From the NCBI GenBank assembly GCA_963784615.1, contig CAWASG010000001.1:1824046-1888045 (forward strand): a stretch of 64,000 bases of DNA. Reading direction: 5' to 3'. Every line of letters begins with the position of its first letter. Within the stretch, counting starts at the first letter, position 1. This document shows positions 1 to 14,546 of this stretch, piece by piece. A model generated the notes under the pieces. It saw only the letters and a program-made list of their open reading frames with translations. It did not search any database and was not told the origin of the DNA. A program made the position numbers and the translations under genes. This DNA comes from an uncultured Gammaproteobacteria bacterium. GTDB lineage: Bacteria; Pseudomonadota; Gammaproteobacteria; Legionellales; Legionellaceae.

Positions 1-993
<993 letters not shown>

Positions 994-1001
994 TTATCCT
1001 C

Positions 1002-1868
1002 TTATAAAGCGGCTGCACCACCGACAATTTCTGCCAATTCTTGCGTAATAGCAGCCTGCCGGGCTTTGTTATAAGCCAATTGAAATTCTTTTATTAACTC
1101 GCCTGCATTGTCTGTAGCACTTTTCATGGCGATCATTTTAGCGGCCTGTTCACAGGCTATATTCTCGACAACCGCTTGATAAGCCTGCAATTCGATATAA
1201 CGGAAGAACAAATCATCTAGCAATTCTTTCGCATCCGGCTCGTAGATATAGTCCCAATGATGACCCAAAGACTGGCTTTCTTCTTCTGAAACAGGCAATG
1301 GAAGCAACTGCTTCATCGTAGGCTTTTGCGTCATGGTGTTGATAAATTCATTGTAAACGACATGAAGTTCATCAATTTCACCACGATCAAATGCATCCAT
1401 CATCACTTTAACAACGCCAATAATATCCTGAACGCCGAGTGTGTCGCCGAGTTGATCAACGGATGCAATCACACGTCCGCCTGAGCGTTTGAAAAAGGCT
1501 TGGCCTTTACGACCAATCACGCAAACATCAACTTCGCGACCATCTGCATGCCATGACCGCATGTGGTTGAGCGCTTCTCGCAGAAGATTGGTATTCAACC
1601 CACCGCACAATCCACGATCCGAGGTCACCACAATGATACCTACGCGTTTAATCTCGCGGGGAATCATAAAAGGATGGCGATACTCGGATGTTGCTCGAGC
1701 GATATGTTTAACCACGTCATAAATTTTATTGGCATAAGGTTTTGATGCGCGCATTCTTTCTTGCGTTTTCCGCATTTTGCTTGCAGCGACCATTTCCATT
1801 GCTCGTGTGATTTTCTGCGTGTTTTTAATACTTGCGATCTTTGAACGGATCTCTTTAGCACCAGACAT
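1002..1868 (-). CDS. atpG: ATP synthase F1 gamma subunit
   Basis: 288 aa, [34 protein letters not shown] is the typical gamma N-terminus. Sits between atpA and atpD. Confidence 0.93.
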   Translation of the reverse strand: MSGAKEIRSKIASIKNTQKITRAMEMVAASKMRKTQERMRASKPYANKIYDVVKHIARATSEYRHPFMIPREIKRVGIIVVTSDRGLCGGLNTNLLREALNHMRSWHADGREVDVCVIGRKGQAFFKRSGGRVIASVDQLGDTLGVQDIIGVVKVMMDAFDRGEIDELHVVYNEFINTMTQKPTMKQLLPLPVSEEESQSLGHHWDYIYEPDAKELLDDLFFRYIELQAYQAVVENIACEQAAKMIAMKSATDNAGELIKEFQLAYNKARQAAITQELAEIVGGAAAL

Positions 1869-1925
1869 AATCTTGCTTCGCCCTTTTGATTATGGCGCGA
1901 AAAAGTCGCGCCTCATCTACGGGAC

Positions 1926-2094
1926 TGTAAAACAATAACTCATACAGTTTAGCGCCCATCTTGCCGTCATCTTGCTCCGATCGGATCTTCGAAAAAGTGC
2001 AGGTGTACTTGTTGTACATCGAGCTTTTTCGAAGATCCGATCGGAGCAAGCTAACAGCAATCTGGGCGCTAAACTGTACGAGTTATTATTTTAC
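1926..2094. repeat. nested palindromic element F in the atpG-atpA intergenic region
   Basis: Outer 32-bp arms are GTAAAACAATAACTCATACAGTTTAGCGCCCA and its near-perfect complement. Inner 27-bp arms (CTTGCTCCGATCGGATCTTCGAAAAAG) are perfect. A GGCGCGAAAAAGTCGCGCC hairpin lies at 1895-1913. The element produces the mirror-image spurious ORFs that begin MLRSDLRKS on both strands. Confidence 0.8.
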
Positions 2095-2156
2095 CGTCCC
2101 AAACCGAATTACTGCGTCACTGCCCTATATAAACAGCACTATAAGGCGTTGACTAG

Positions 2157-3710
2157 TTACCAACTACCAGACTGCTTGAAACTTTCAACAGCTGATTTTA
2201 ATTGTGCTTCAATTTCAGCATCATAATTGCCCGTTTCATTAATTTTATGAAGCAGGGCTGCATGTTGTCCGTGCATAAAATCTTGCAAGGCAGCTTCAAA
2301 TGCGCCGATTTCGCTAACAGGAACATCATCAAGATAGCCCTTTTCAGCCACAAACAATGACAATGCCATTTCAGCGACAGATAACGGTGAATACTGCTTT
2401 TGTTTCATTAATTCAGTAATCCGTTGACCGCGCTCTAGCTGTTTGCGGGTCGCTTCATCTAAATCTGATGCAAACTGGGAAAACGCTTCAAGCTCACGAA
2501 ATTGCGCCAATGCTAATCGTGTTCCACCACCGAGCTTTTTCATGATTTTAGTTTGTGCCGCACCACCCACTCGCGATACAGATAGACCGGAGTTAATAGC
2601 AGGCCGAACACCTGAGTTGAATAAATCAACATCAAGGAAAATCTGACCGTCGGTAATAGAAATAACGTTGGTTGGTACGAATGCAGATACGTCGCCAGCT
2701 TGTGTCTCAATAATCGGTAATGCCGTCAAAGAGCCTGTTTTACCAGTTACAGCACCTTTAGTCAGTTTTTCAACTTCAGCAGCATTGATACGTGCAGCGC
2801 GCTCTAATAATCGAGAATGTAAATAGAAAATATCGCCAGGATAAGCTTCACGACCTGGTGGACGCTTAAGTAACAACGAAATTTGTCGGTATGCCCATGC
2901 TTGTTTGGTCAGATCATCATAAACAATCAGTGCATCTTCACCACGCTCCATGAAATACTCACCCATGGTACAACCTGCGTAAGGTGCAATAAACTGCATG
3001 GCAGCAGAATCAGATGCGCCGGCAACTACAACAATCGTGTGAGCCAATGCGCCGTGATCTTCTAGTCTACGGACAAGAGCAGCAACTGAAGAGGCTTTTT
3101 GACCAATCGCAACGTAAATACATTTAACGCCGGTGTTTTTTTGATTGATAATGGCATCAATAGCGATTGCCGTTTTACCCGTTTGTCGGTCACCAATAAT
3201 TAGCTCTCGCTGTCCTCGACCAACAGGGATCATCGCATCAACGGCTTTCAGACCGGTTTGAACGGGCTGATCAACTGATTGGCGAGCAATAACGCCTGGC
3301 GCTACTTTTTCAATCGGTGATAATTGAGCACTTTCAATGGGCCCTTTACCATCAATTGGATTACCTAATGCATCAACAACACGACCCAATAAACCAGGGC
3401 CTGTTGGGACTTCAAGAATACGACCGGTACAACGGCCTTTATCACCTTCTGACAGATTATTTGCATCACCCAAAATAACCGCACCAACCGAATCACGCTC
3501 CAAGTTCAACGCTAATCCGTAAACGCCGCCGGGAAACTCAATCATTTCACCCTGCATGACATCGTCAAGACCATGCATACGAACGATGCCGTCTTTCAAG
3601 CTAATAATAGTGCCTTCGTTTTTCGCTTCAGTGACAACGTTAAACTGTTCTATTTTCTGTTTAATTAATTCGCTAATCTCAGACGGATTTAAAGCTGCAA
3701 ATTCTGACAT
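2157..3710 (-). CDS. atpA: ATP synthase F1 alpha subunit
   Basis: 517 aa with a [10 protein letters not shown]-loop, in the conserved operon position. Confidence 0.95.
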   Translation of the reverse strand: MSEFAALNPSEISELIKQKIEQFNVVTEAKNEGTIISLKDGIVRMHGLDDVMQGEMIEFPGGVYGLALNLERDSVGAVILGDANNLSEGDKGRCTGRILEVPTGPGLLGRVVDALGNPIDGKGPIESAQLSPIEKVAPGVIARQSVDQPVQTGLKAVDAMIPVGRGQRELIIGDRQTGKTAIAIDAIINQKNTGVKCIYVAIGQKASSVAALVRRLEDHGALAHTIVVVAGASDSAAMQFIAPYAGCTMGEYFMERGEDALIVYDDLTKQAWAYRQISLLLKRPPGREAYPGDIFYLHSRLLERAARINAAEVEKLTKGAVTGKTGSLTALPIIETQAGDVSAFVPTNVISITDGQIFLDVDLFNSGVRPAINSGLSVSRVGGAAQTKIMKKLGGGTRLALAQFRELEAFSQFASDLDEATRKQLERGQRITELMKQKQYSPLSVAEMALSLFVAEKGYLDDVPVSEIGAFEAALQDFMHGQHAALLHKINETGNYDAEIEAQLKSAVESFKQSGSW

Positions 3711-3747
3711 AAAGTCTATCCTCTTAAAGTTATTCCGGATCCGTTTT

Positions 3748-4296
3748 TTATTCGGCCAGGTCGCTAGCCAACTTCAATAATTGACCTCGTACCGAGCCAT
3801 CAATCACCAAGTCCCCTGCTTGAATCAGTGCGCCACCTAAAAGTGATTCATCTATACTCATTTCAAGGGTAACTTGCCGCTGCAAACGTTTGGTCAACTT
3901 TTCAATTAAATGTTGTTGTTGCATATCGGATATCGGGGCAAAACTGCTGACATTAACGGTCAACGTTTTTTCTTGATCTGCTCGTAATCGTTGATATTGG
4001 GTATAGATCCCGGGGATCAACAGTAACCGCTTATTTTCCGCCAGCAAAGCCACGAAACATTCGATCGATTTTACATCAACGTCCAGTTTCAAACGTACAA
4101 CTACGGCTAAAAGCAGCTGCTGTTGTTCAGTTATGGTTGTTGCTGGGTTATTGATAAATTGGATGCACTCAGGCAGCAATATGCTCTGCGCCATAGCAGC
4201 CAATATATCTGACCAGGCAGCTAACTGTTTTGTTTCTACTGCTAGTTCAAAGACTGCTTTCGCGTATGGTCTTGCAATCGTTGTAATATCTGACAT
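3748..4296 (-). CDS. atpH: ATP synthase F1 delta subunit
   Basis: 182 aa with an OSCP-like N-terminus ([16 protein letters not shown]), in operon position. Confidence 0.88.
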   Translation of the reverse strand: MSDITTIARPYAKAVFELAVETKQLAAWSDILAAMAQSILLPECIQFINNPATTITEQQQLLLAVVVRLKLDVDVKSIECFVALLAENKRLLLIPGIYTQYQRLRADQEKTLTVNVSSFAPISDMQQQHLIEKLTKRLQRQVTLEMSIDESLLGGALIQAGDLVIDGSVRGQLLKLASDLAE

Positions 4297-4297
4297 A

Positions 4298-4768
4298 TCA
4301 AAGCTCTTCGATCAAGTTATCCATCAATGCATGGCTGGTTTTTTCGTCTACTTCGCGCATGATAATCTTTTCAGCACCGGCGACTGCAAGCGTTGCCACG
4401 CGACTACGTAACTGTGCTTTAGCGTGATTTACATCTTGAATCAATTGTTCTTGAGCAAGCTTAGAAACTTTCTGTGCTTCATCGCGAGCGTCTGCTTTAG
4501 CTTCTTCAATGAGCTGAGCGGCTCGTCGGTTTGCTTTTTCAACGATATCTGCGGCATTCGCTTTAGCTTGTTTCAATTCATCTTTGACTCGATGTTGAGC
4601 AAGTTCAAGCTCGCGTTGACCGCGCTCTGCAGCAGCGAGACCATCAGCAATTTTATCCTGACGCTCTTGCAATGCTTTTTCTAGCGGTGGCCAAACAAAT
4701 TTCATGGTAAACCAAACAAATGCCATGAAAACCAGCATTTGTACTACCAACGTAAAATTAATGTCCAA
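4298..4768 (-). CDS. atpF: ATP synthase Fo b subunit
   Basis: 156 aa with one N-terminal TM helix followed by a long charged coiled coil, in operon position. Confidence 0.88.
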   Translation of the reverse strand: MDINFTLVVQMLVFMAFVWFTMKFVWPPLEKALQERQDKIADGLAAAERGQRELELAQHRVKDELKQAKANAADIVEKANRRAAQLIEEAKADARDEAQKVSKLAQEQLIQDVNHAKAQLRSRVATLAVAGAEKIIMREVDEKTSHALMDNLIEEL

Positions 4769-4863
4769 GGTCTTTTCTCCTGAAATGAACTACGGATCAC
4801 GTCCGAAGTTACTTCGGACGTGATCCTTGGCGCGTTTTCACGCGCAAAGTGGCTCATGGATTA

Positions 4864-5262
<399 letters not shown>

Positions 5263-5281
5263 AACTTCTGCGACCTAAACC

Positions 5282-6549
<1,268 letters not shown>

Positions 6550-6626
6550 TAGAATAATCAAACATAATGGCCGTATTATTTCGAGGCTGTGGGCAGGATA
6601 GGTACATCGCTTTGCGGGCCCATCAT

Positions 6627-6658
6627 GTTGGGCTTCGCTCTCGCTCAACCCAACCTAC
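6627..6658. repeat. half REP (right arm only, GCGAGAGCGAAG subtype) upstream of atpI
   Basis: GTTGGGCTTCGCTCTCGCTCAACCCAACCTAC. Confidence 0.8.
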
Positions 6659-6668
6659 GTTATAGCCA

Positions 6669-8468
6669 TTATCCTTCTGATACTTCCTGAGCCAGGCCTT
6701 TGCTTATTTTTCCCCACGTCAAGATGCGGGCTATCTGCTGATTTGAGTTTAAATACAACACACCGCTACGATCGCTCATACCCATTGCCGGAAAAAGTAA
6801 TAATTGATTCAATTGGTTCACTAAAACAAAACTATCCATGCCTAACGCATACAGGCGATTATAGCTATTCCATTGTTCTGGCCAGTTTTTATAACCCATT
6901 TGATTATTAAAAACCCAAGGCATGTCGCAGAAAATGATCCCATCCAAATCGCGATCCTTTTGTGCATTTGCGCTGCCTGAGTACACGGCGGATGTCGCAT
7001 ACACAGGAACATCGCCAACAAAATAATATCGCAACATCGGCATGATTTGTCGCGCCTTGGAAGGATATGCCAATAAAAAGATCATATCAAAATCTTGACG
7101 CCGTCGTGGTTCAATTTGCGCTTTTGGATCAACAACATGCTGGTTAGTTCGCGAGGGTCGTTCCATTTCCGTCGCGTGCAATAATTGTTTCACGGCAGGC
7201 GCTATGCTGTCGTGTTCACCAAATCTTAACGTATCAACCACCTCGCCACCGCCAGCACGCCATTGATTCATGAACGCAGCTGCTACTTCGTCACCCCATG
7301 GACCCGTTGGTGCGATAACCAGGGTTCGCTTATGACCATTTTTTCGTGCCCGCACGGCTACTTGTCTTGCTTCGCTGACAGGTGACAAACCAAATTGATA
7401 AGCATTCTGCTTAACATTCTGCGCAACATCATTGAGCAACAACGTTGGTACAGGGTGATTAATGGAAGCAATAGCCGACACATCAGCTTTACCTAATGGA
7501 CCCACCACATAATCTGCACCTTCTGCAATGGCTTGTTGATAGAGCGAAAGCGCACTGGCTTTATCTGTATCGTAGACTTGAACCGCCAAATTACCAGAGC
7601 GCTGTGCTGTAGCATAAGCTTGCATGAATCCATCACGAACCGCATTGCCAGGCCCGGCGAGCTTACCGGATACTGGTAATAGGAGTGCGATTTTTTTAGG
7701 TGTGGCAAATAAATAGGGCTCAACCGTCGTTAATGGCGATGGTAGAATCATATTACCAGGATGATTTCGGTAGCGTGACTTCCACTGTTCCAAACTCGCC
7801 AAAGTATCATGTACATGTTCAGGGTTTGTGCGTGAAATAACGGCCAGCTGTATCCAGCCACCGAGGTCTGAACCTTCATGGGCCTCAGCGGCAAAGGCAT
7901 TCAGCTCTTCTGCTGGTAGCGTTGTGAGCATCAACCATAATGCGCGTCGATTGTTAGAGCGTGCAGACTCTGCGGGCAATAAAGCTTCCAGCTTAACGCG
8001 CTCGTTAATTGCATCCATCATGTTTTTGGTATTGCGATACGCTGTTGCTAGCATTTCATGATATTGAACTTGATAAAATAAAGGCATACTATCTAATTCG
8101 TGAATAGATGAAAGCGTTGCGATTGCAGATTTCGACTGGCTACGGATTAAATCAACTTTTGCGAGTAATATCTGTTTTTCTCGTGCTAGTTCAGGAGGAA
8201 GAGCATCTAATGATGATAATATTTTAAGCCCTTGTTGCCATTGACCGTCATAAATAAGACGACCGGCCGCCAGAATCTCTGATGATTTCTTTTCATTCCC
8301 AGCCTGATTGTTAGCCATAGAGAGATACGCTGTAGCGGGCATACTAAAGGGACTGGTTAATTGTTGGTCAGCACGAAAATGGCTTTCAGCCACTTTTGTA
8401 CATTGAGTGAGAAATATAGCAGTAAAAATCAGCAGAAACCGCTTTAACAACGCATTATTTGGTAACAT
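6669..8468 (-). CDS. lpoA: LpoA-like penicillin-binding protein activator lipoprotein (TPR N-terminal region plus periplasmic-binding-protein-like C-terminal domain)
   Basis: About 600 aa with a signal and lipobox-like LTQC. Divergent from rsmI, matching the E. coli yraL-yraM arrangement. Start placed at the internal Met (MLPNNALL...). Confidence 0.6.
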   Translation of the reverse strand: MLPNNALLKRFLLIFTAIFLTQCTKVAESHFRADQQLTSPFSMPATAYLSMANNQAGNEKKSSEILAAGRLIYDGQWQQGLKILSSLDALPPELAREKQILLAKVDLIRSQSKSAIATLSSIHELDSMPLFYQVQYHEMLATAYRNTKNMMDAINERVKLEALLPAESARSNNRRALWLMLTTLPAEELNAFAAEAHEGSDLGGWIQLAVISRTNPEHVHDTLASLEQWKSRYRNHPGNMILPSPLTTVEPYLFATPKKIALLLPVSGKLAGPGNAVRDGFMQAYATAQRSGNLAVQVYDTDKASALSLYQQAIAEGADYVVGPLGKADVSAIASINHPVPTLLLNDVAQNVKQNAYQFGLSPVSEARQVAVRARKNGHKRTLVIAPTGPWGDEVAAAFMNQWRAGGGEVVDTLRFGEHDSIAPAVKQLLHATEMERPSRTNQHVVDPKAQIEPRRRQDFDMIFLLAYPSKARQIMPMLRYYFVGDVPVYATSAVYSGSANAQKDRDLDGIIFCDMPWVFNNQMGYKNWPEQWNSYNRLYALGMDSFVLVNQLNQLLLFPAMGMSDRSGVLYLNSNQQIARILTWGKISKGLAQEVSEG

Positions 8469-8544
8469 ATAAGTCGACTCGAAACACAAGAATGCAAAAG
8501 GATATACCATGATCAATATTTCATCAAGTAAAACATGGTTTATT

Positions 8545-8638
8545 GGAGGCGTTTGTAGGTTGGGTTGAGGCTGGGAAGCCGAAGCCCAACATGGATGGTT
8601 TTGTTGGGCTTCGGCTTCCCAGCCTCAACCCAACCTAC
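8545..8638. repeat. REP-like palindrome in the lpoA/rsmI divergent region
   Basis: Full copy with GAGGCTGGGAAGCCGAAGCCCAAC arms. Confidence 0.9.
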
Positions 8639-8703
8639 GCGCTCAAGCCAACACTCATAAATTTGGTGAATCATTACATTTAATTTGAATAAGGAACACC
8701 TAA

Positions 8704-9543
8704 ATGTCAGAAACCGGTACTCTCTATATCATCGCAACACCAATTGGCAACCGGGATGATATTAGCCTTCGCGCAATTCAAACGTTGAAATCAGTCGATA
8801 GTATTTTGGCTGAAGACACGCGTCACTCAAAGCAATTATTATCACCACTGGGCATCTCAACACCGCTTATTTCTCTGCATGCACATAACGAAGCCGACCG
8901 TTTAGATGATTTTATTACCGCTTTACAACAAGGCAAGACTTTTGCACTCATCAGCGATGCAGGGACACCACTCATCAGCGACCCAGGTTTCCCTTTGGTC
9001 AGAAAAGCGCGGCAACTTGGCATTCCTGTTGTTCCCGTCCCTGGCGCATGTGCTTTGATTACCGCTTTATCTGCTTCAGGTGTGCCGTGTGATACATTCA
9101 CTTTCATCGGATTTTTACCGGCCAAATCTGTTGCTCGCAGTAAGATATTAGCCTCTATTGAAAACACTGAACACACTGTTGTTTTTTACGAATCGACTCA
9201 TCGCATTAAAGAATGTTTGCTTGACATTGCTAGTGTGCTCGGCAGTGACCGTGAGCTGGTTCTCGCGAAGGAATTAACGAAAACGTTTGAAGCGTTTGTA
9301 TCGGGCAGTTGCCAAACCATTCAAGATTGGCTGGATGCAGATTCTGCTCGCTGTAAAGGCGAGTTTGTACTTATTCTGCCACCATGCGAAGTGGCTCCAA
9401 AAACGAACCACGAACAGCTTTTATCGATATTGCTTACGGAATTGCCGCTGAAACAGGCCGTTAAAATTGCCTGTCAACTGACTGGAGAACCCAAGAACGA
9501 GTTGTATCAATTAGCCTTGTCACTTACCAATACAAAAACTTGA
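8704..9543 (+). CDS. rsmI: 16S rRNA (cytidine1402-2'-O)-methyltransferase
   Basis: 279 aa; N-terminus [36 protein letters not shown] is the tetrapyrrole-methylase-like RsmI signature. Confidence 0.88.
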   Translation: MSETGTLYIIATPIGNRDDISLRAIQTLKSVDSILAEDTRHSKQLLSPLGISTPLISLHAHNEADRLDDFITALQQGKTFALISDAGTPLISDPGFPLVRKARQLGIPVVPVPGACALITALSASGVPCDTFTFIGFLPAKSVARSKILASIENTEHTVVFYESTHRIKECLLDIASVLGSDRELVLAKELTKTFEAFVSGSCQTIQDWLDADSARCKGEFVLILPPCEVAPKTNHEQLLSILLTELPLKQAVKIACQLTGEPKNELYQLALSLTNTKT

Positions 9544-10860
9544 AAAAATTTCACCCAATAAATCATCAGCTGTGAATTGCCCTGTTATCTCACATAAAGC
9601 GAGATGAGCAAGACGCAGGTCTTCGGCGAGTAATTCACCGGCGCGATGTTGGGTTAATTGCTGTAAACCGGTAGCTAGAAAATCGTAAGCTTTATTCAGC
9701 GCGTCAATATGACGACGTCGGGCTAAGAATTTTCCTTCAGATGCTTGATAACCAACGACTTCTTTTATTTTATCTTTTAATAACGACAACCCTTGGCCAT
9801 GCTTTGCTGAAATATAAATCGTATTGCCTTCGCACTTTGGTGAGTCAGCAGAAGTATCAATTTTATTCAATAAACGAATCACGGGAACATGAGGAGGTAA
9901 TGCGGCTTGAATAGAATCGTCTAGGATCAGCGCGTCATCAGGATGTTGTCTGTCAATCACTAATAACACGCAATCTGCACGCCCAAGTTCAGCCCACGCT
10001 CGCTTTATGCCTTCTTTTTCAACCACATCATCACTGTCACGCAAACCCGCCGTATCAATCAGATGCAATGGAATATCATCTAATAGAATCTGTTCTCTCA
10101 TAACATCACGTGTTGTGCCAGGAACATCAGTCACAATAGCCACATCTCGCCCGGCTAGCGCATTAATCAGTGTTGATTTGCCTGCATTCGGTCGTCCGGC
10201 AATGACAACCGATAAGCCTTCTCTGATAATGGCGCCTTGATGTGCTTCTGAACGGATGTTGGTTAGAGTAGAAATAAGACTGTTTAATTTTGTAACAATG
10301 GTGCCGTCGTTAAGAAAATCAATCTCCTCTTCAGGAAAATCAATCGCTGCTTCTACAAATAAACGAAGGTGAACGATTTTCTCATTGAGTTGATTGATTT
10401 GTTTTGAAAACTCACCTTGTAAAGAATGCATCGCCATGCGTGCGGCGGTTAATGAGTGGGCATGAATCAGATCGGCGATCGCTTCGGCCTGTGTCAAATC
10501 CATTTTATCATTCAGAAAAGCCCGCTCGGAAAACTCACCCGGCTTGGCACAACGAGCACCTTGTTGAATACAGGCTTGAATGATTTGATCTAAGACAATG
10601 GGTGAACCATGTAACTGTAATTCAGCTACATCTTCGCCGGTGAATGAGTGTGGTGCTTTAAAATAAAGCAAAATACCTTGATCGATTATTTGATGATGTT
10701 CATCATAAAAATCTCGATAATAAGCTGTTCTGGGCGTTAATGAATCATCATGCGAGAGGTGCATGGCAATCGAGGAGGCATCTCGTCCTGACAGACGAAC
10801 AATGCCGACCCCGCCTCGACCAGGCGGGGTCGCTATTGCAACGATAGTATCATCTATCAT
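9520..10860 (-). CDS. mnmE: tRNA modification GTPase MnmE
   Basis: 446 aa with a [15 protein letters not shown]-domain and a C-terminal CIGK motif, downstream of yidC. Confidence 0.93.
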   Translation of the reverse strand: MIDDTIVAIATPPGRGGVGIVRLSGRDASSIAMHLSHDDSLTPRTAYYRDFYDEHHQIIDQGILLYFKAPHSFTGEDVAELQLHGSPIVLDQIIQACIQQGARCAKPGEFSERAFLNDKMDLTQAEAIADLIHAHSLTAARMAMHSLQGEFSKQINQLNEKIVHLRLFVEAAIDFPEEEIDFLNDGTIVTKLNSLISTLTNIRSEAHQGAIIREGLSVVIAGRPNAGKSTLINALAGRDVAIVTDVPGTTRDVMREQILLDDIPLHLIDTAGLRDSDDVVEKEGIKRAWAELGRADCVLLVIDRQHPDDALILDDSIQAALPPHVPVIRLLNKIDTSADSPKCEGNTIYISAKHGQGLSLLKDKIKEVVGYQASEGKFLARRRHIDALNKAYDFLATGLQQLTQHRAGELLAEDLRLAHLALCEITGQFTADDLLGEIFSSFCIGK

Positions 10861-10873
10861 TTAGGCGCGATCC

Positions 10874-12586
10874 TTATTTAGCAGGAATAGCTTTTTTAGA
10901 CACTGGTTTTTCACCGCTGTATTTTTGGGTAATGTACCATTGTTGCAGAATCGATAACGTGTTATTCACAACCCAATACAATACCAGACCGGATGGTAAA
11001 CTCCACATCATAGCAGTAAATAAGACCGGTAAAAACATCATGATTTTAGCTTGCATTGGATCTGGTGGCGCCGGATTTAACCGTTGCTGAATTAACATGG
11101 TCAATCCCATAATAATAGGCAACACATGATAAGGATCTGCAGCAGACAAGTCATTAATCCATAGAATAAAGGGCGCCTGGCGCAGTTCAACGCTTTCGAT
11201 CAACATCCAATACAATGCCATAAATACTGGAATTTGCACTAATATCGGCAAGCATCCGCCTAAGGGATTCACTTTTTCTTGACGATAAAACTCCATTGTA
11301 GCCTGGCTTAATTTTGCTTTATCATCGCCATAGCGCTCTTTCAAAGCAGCAAGCTTCGGCTGAAGGCGTCGCATATTCGCCATGGATTTATAACTGGTGG
11401 TCGACAATTTGTAAAAAGCAATCTTAATGAGCACCGTTACCAATACAATCGACCAGCCCCAGTTTCCAACAATGGAATGAATTGCCGTCATGATTGAAAA
11501 CAGAATCGATGAAATAAACCAAAGCAAACCGTAATCTACCGTTAAATCAAGCCCTGGTGAAATGGCACGTAATACATTAGAACTTTCTGGTCCGATATAC
11601 AGTTTAGAACTAACGACTTGTTTTTGCCCTGCATCCAGCGTAATCGGCTGACTGACTGAGCCAATGGTAAAATCATTGTTATTCGCTCGTGTATAAAAAC
11701 GACTGGATTGTTTGTCATCTGGTATCCAAGCGCTTAAAAAGTAATGCTGTTGCATTGCAATCCACCCACCTTGAACATTCGCGTCCAGGTTGGTTTTAGT
11801 CATATCTTTAAAATTCACTTTTTGGTAACGATGAACCCCTGGATTTGAATAAGATGCACCAACATATGAACCCATATGAAACATGCTGGATTTATCTTCT
11901 TGCGGCGAAGTCCGCAGAAGCTGTGTATTCATGTAACCTTTCCAGCTCGCTTGACTATCGTTAACCAGATCGTATTCAACATTGATGAGGTAATTTCCGC
12001 GGGTAAAAATAAATCGTTTAACAACCGTTAAGCCATCGTCATTGTGGCCTTTGAGCTGCACTACCAATTTGTCTTGATCAGTAGACAATTCATATTGTGG
12101 TTGTTCGGATTGAAAATCCCAATTCAATGTTTTAATGTCTTGATTTTGAACGACAAACAAACTGCTATTGGCTACATAGCGTTCATTGGGATTGTTTTGT
12201 AATAAGGTAACCGGCGTATTTTTGTCCTCAACACTCTCGGGGTATTGCACCAGTTTCGCTTGCACTATATCGCCTTGGCGCAAATCAATTTGTAAATCTA
12301 GGACATCAGTACGTACATGCACGATTTTGGATGATTCAAGCGTTTTGTTTTGTTCGGCTGATGACTGCGTAGCAACGACTGCTGTATTTGAGTGTACGCT
12401 ATTACTGGCATCAGTCACATGCATATCAGGCAGCAGTTGACCATCGGATGTTTGAGACGTTGTTTGCTGTTCAGCAGCTGATGTTGTAACAGGCGCAACG
12501 TAAGGGTAATCTTTTTCCCAATTGATCCATAGTGAGTAAACAACCAACCCTAGGGCTGCATATAGAACTACACGTCGAAAATCCAT
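10874..12586 (-). CDS. yidC: membrane protein insertase YidC
   Basis: 570 aa with an N-terminal TM helix, a large periplasmic domain and a conserved C-terminal 5-TM core. Conserved rnpA-yidD-yidC-mnmE synteny. Confidence 0.93.
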   Translation of the reverse strand: MDFRRVVLYAALGLVVYSLWINWEKDYPYVAPVTTSAAEQQTTSQTSDGQLLPDMHVTDASNSVHSNTAVVATQSSAEQNKTLESSKIVHVRTDVLDLQIDLRQGDIVQAKLVQYPESVEDKNTPVTLLQNNPNERYVANSSLFVVQNQDIKTLNWDFQSEQPQYELSTDQDKLVVQLKGHNDDGLTVVKRFIFTRGNYLINVEYDLVNDSQASWKGYMNTQLLRTSPQEDKSSMFHMGSYVGASYSNPGVHRYQKVNFKDMTKTNLDANVQGGWIAMQQHYFLSAWIPDDKQSSRFYTRANNNDFTIGSVSQPITLDAGQKQVVSSKLYIGPESSNVLRAISPGLDLTVDYGLLWFISSILFSIMTAIHSIVGNWGWSIVLVTVLIKIAFYKLSTTSYKSMANMRRLQPKLAALKERYGDDKAKLSQATMEFYRQEKVNPLGGCLPILVQIPVFMALYWMLIESVELRQAPFILWINDLSAADPYHVLPIIMGLTMLIQQRLNPAPPDPMQAKIMMFLPVLFTAMMWSLPSGLVLYWVVNNTLSILQQWYITQKYSGEKPVSKKAIPAK

Positions 12587-12831
12587 TATATTTTCTCTTT
12601 ATTAGGTAAAACGGGATCATAACCACCACAAGACCACGGGTGGCACTTTACTATTCGGCTGCACGCTAAATAAACGCCTTTTAGAACACCGAAATGTTCT
12701 ATGGCATCTAATGCGTATCTGGAGCAACTGGGATAAAACCGACAACGTGATTGAAGGCATGGACTAATCACATATTGATAAACCTTGATTGGAAAAGAAA
12801 TGATCTGACGTATCATCCCAATTTGCCCCAT
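12586..12831 (-). CDS. yidD: membrane protein insertion efficiency factor YidD
   Basis: 81 aa with a [12 protein letters not shown] motif. An alternative ATG at 12816 overlaps the rnpA stop as ATGA. Confidence 0.8.
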   Translation of the reverse strand: MGQIGMIRQIISFPIKVYQYVISPCLQSRCRFYPSCSRYALDAIEHFGVLKGVYLACSRIVKCHPWSCGGYDPVLPNKEKI

Positions 12832-13142
12832 GCCTTATTCAAATTAACAATCAATGTTGGATTTTTGACATTTTCTATACCGCGTTTAGCGAGGACAATA
12901 ACATCTAAAGCGGGCAATGTTGTTGTTCGAAACGTTTCTCGTAATAGTCGTTTTACTCGATTTCGCTCGTGTGCTTTGGCGACTGTTTTTTTAGCTATTG
13001 CCAAGCCCAGGCGTGCATGTCCAATGTCATTGTTACGATATAGAAAAATAAACTCTGAGGTTACCCACTTGGTTGCTTTGCTAAAAACGGCGTCATAATC
13101 AGCTTTTTTTAGCAAGCGTTTGTTTCTACAAAACTCGTTCAC
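12813..13142 (-). CDS. rnpA: RNase P protein component
   Basis: 109 aa basic protein immediately downstream of rpmH. Confidence 0.85.
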   Translation of the reverse strand: MNEFCRNKRLLKKADYDAVFSKATKWVTSEFIFLYRNNDIGHARLGLAIAKKTVAKAHERNRVKRLLRETFRTTTLPALDVIVLAKRGIENVKNPTLIVNLNKAWGKLG

Positions 13143-13277
13143 TTATGCGGATAATTTCAAACGACCTTTTGCACGTCGTCGTTTAATCACTAATCGACCA
13201 CCGCGAGTTGCCATTCGAGCACGAAATCCATGATCCCGTTTACGCTTTAAATTACTAGGTTGAAATGTACGTTTCAT
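13143..13277 (-). CDS. rpmH: 50S ribosomal protein L34
   Basis: Hand-translated minus-strand [47 protein letters not shown] (44 aa). Below the ORF-track length cutoff; canonical L34 upstream of rnpA. Confidence 0.9.
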   Translation of the reverse strand: MKRTFQPSNLKRKRDHGFRARMATRGGRLVIKRRRAKGRLKLSA

Positions 13278-13427
13278 AATAATCCTGCCATCAATATTTT
13301 TAGAGTTGGCAATGATATGAAGTTTTTAAAGTATTGTCAATTGCGATTTTGAATAAATATGCATGAAAAAAACACAGGGTTCTTTATTCAAAAACAAGGG
13401 GTCGATTCCACAAAAATAATACCAGAG

Positions 13428-13587
13428 ACCGTTTCCTTTGGTTTTGACAGGAAAACCATACTTCAACGAGGGGTGGCGTGGTGGTGCTTATTTTGCGCGC
13501 GGAATGCAATGAGCACGGAAAATAAGTACCACCATGACAGGCCCACGAGGATCCGTTCTTCAACCTGTCAAAATCAAAGGGAACGGA
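13428..13587. other. structured foldback element, 160 bp (candidate ncRNA or small MITE)
   Basis: A 23-bp long-range inverted repeat (CCGTTTCCTTTGGTTTTGACAGG / CCTGTCAAAATCAAAGGGAACGG) encloses a GC-rich core. The core has a nested 14-bp helix (GTGGTGCTTATTTT / AAAATAAGTACCAC). Confidence 0.4.
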
Positions 13588-13604
13588 TGATAGTTCAATC
13601 ATAA

Positions 13605-14546
13605 CCCATTTTAGGTATTCAATTATTTTATCTGAAACATACAAACAGGCTCAGTTATTATTAAATATCTTTAAATATTTAACTTAAATTTATTATAATG
13701 CCGCGCTTTTCTGTTAATCATTTTTAAAAATGCATATTTATCATGATATTAAGTCAACTTTTATCTTGTTGGTAAGGGCTGATTTTAAGGGATACTTATA
13801 TATGGATAACTTCACTGATGTTTATTTTCGATTAAATTACCCACGGATTAAAGTGGTTATTCACATGATTATACGGAGCTTATACCTCTGTTGTTCACTG
13901 GAATATCTTACTTAAATCACCCCTTACCGTATTTTAGATACATTTTTTTAGCAGAAGGTTCAGTATTATCACTTTTGTTTTCTGTGATAGTCGGTATATG
14001 CTTACTTCTTTCACTATGTGTGTATATGGTGTAATTCGTTTTAATAGAGCTACTGACTGTCCGAGATCAATGCAAACCTCTTTCGTCTACGATATTTAAT
14101 TTAATCAGGACAATTTTATGAAAAGAATGCCGTGAGTTTTTTTGTATGTATGTAGCATTCTTTTCACCGCAGTTATTATTATATATCTTTAAATATTTAA
14201 CTTATATTTATTATAAGGTCGTACATTTCTGTGGATATCCTTTATAATGCTCAGATTTTCAATCTAGTTACGACGATTTCATCATGTTTATAATGATTGT
14301 ATGCAGGCACGAATAAACTAGGGGTAACTTTCTATTTATATTACGCTTGTACTCTATTAACAGGTTTGTTGTAATGAGGATCACACTATACCCACAGGAT
14401 TCAAATCTGGTTCTACTAGATTTAATCACTGTAGATGATGTAAACTTTTTTCAATTTCACGCACAATTGACCGTACAGTTTTTACCTTATTTCGGTTTAT
14501 ATATTTTCTTTTATTTTTTAGTGCTTCAATTTATGAGGAGTTCTTA
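13605..14546. promoter_or_regulatory. candidate oriC / dnaA control region
   Basis: An AT-rich 0.9-kb gap between divergent rpmH and dnaA. DnaA-box-like 9-mers, each one mismatch from TTATCCACA, are at 13801-13809 (TATGGATAA), 13857-13865 (TTATTCACA) and 14230-14238 (TGTGGATAT). Two about 45-bp direct repeats lie at 13654-13698 and 14171-14216. Confidence 0.5.

Noticed and set aside
1855-2226. ORFs 1855..2049 (minus) and 1972..2226 (plus), both beginning MLRSDLRKS
   Set aside because: Identical N-termini on opposite strands are the signature of translating a perfect palindrome (element F). They are not genes.
8823-9176. 117-aa minus-strand ORF inside rsmI
   Set aside because: Antisense to the conserved rsmI frame.
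12816-12831. Alternative shorter yidD start at 12816 (ATGA overlap with rnpA stop)
   Set aside because: Plausible but unresolvable without alignment. Track coordinates were kept and the alternative noted in the feature.
13359-13644. Overlapping ORFs 13359..13604 (plus) and 13384..13644 (minus)
   Set aside because: They lie entirely within the foldback element or ncRNA candidate in the oriC region. Mutually antisense, with no RBS and no homology.
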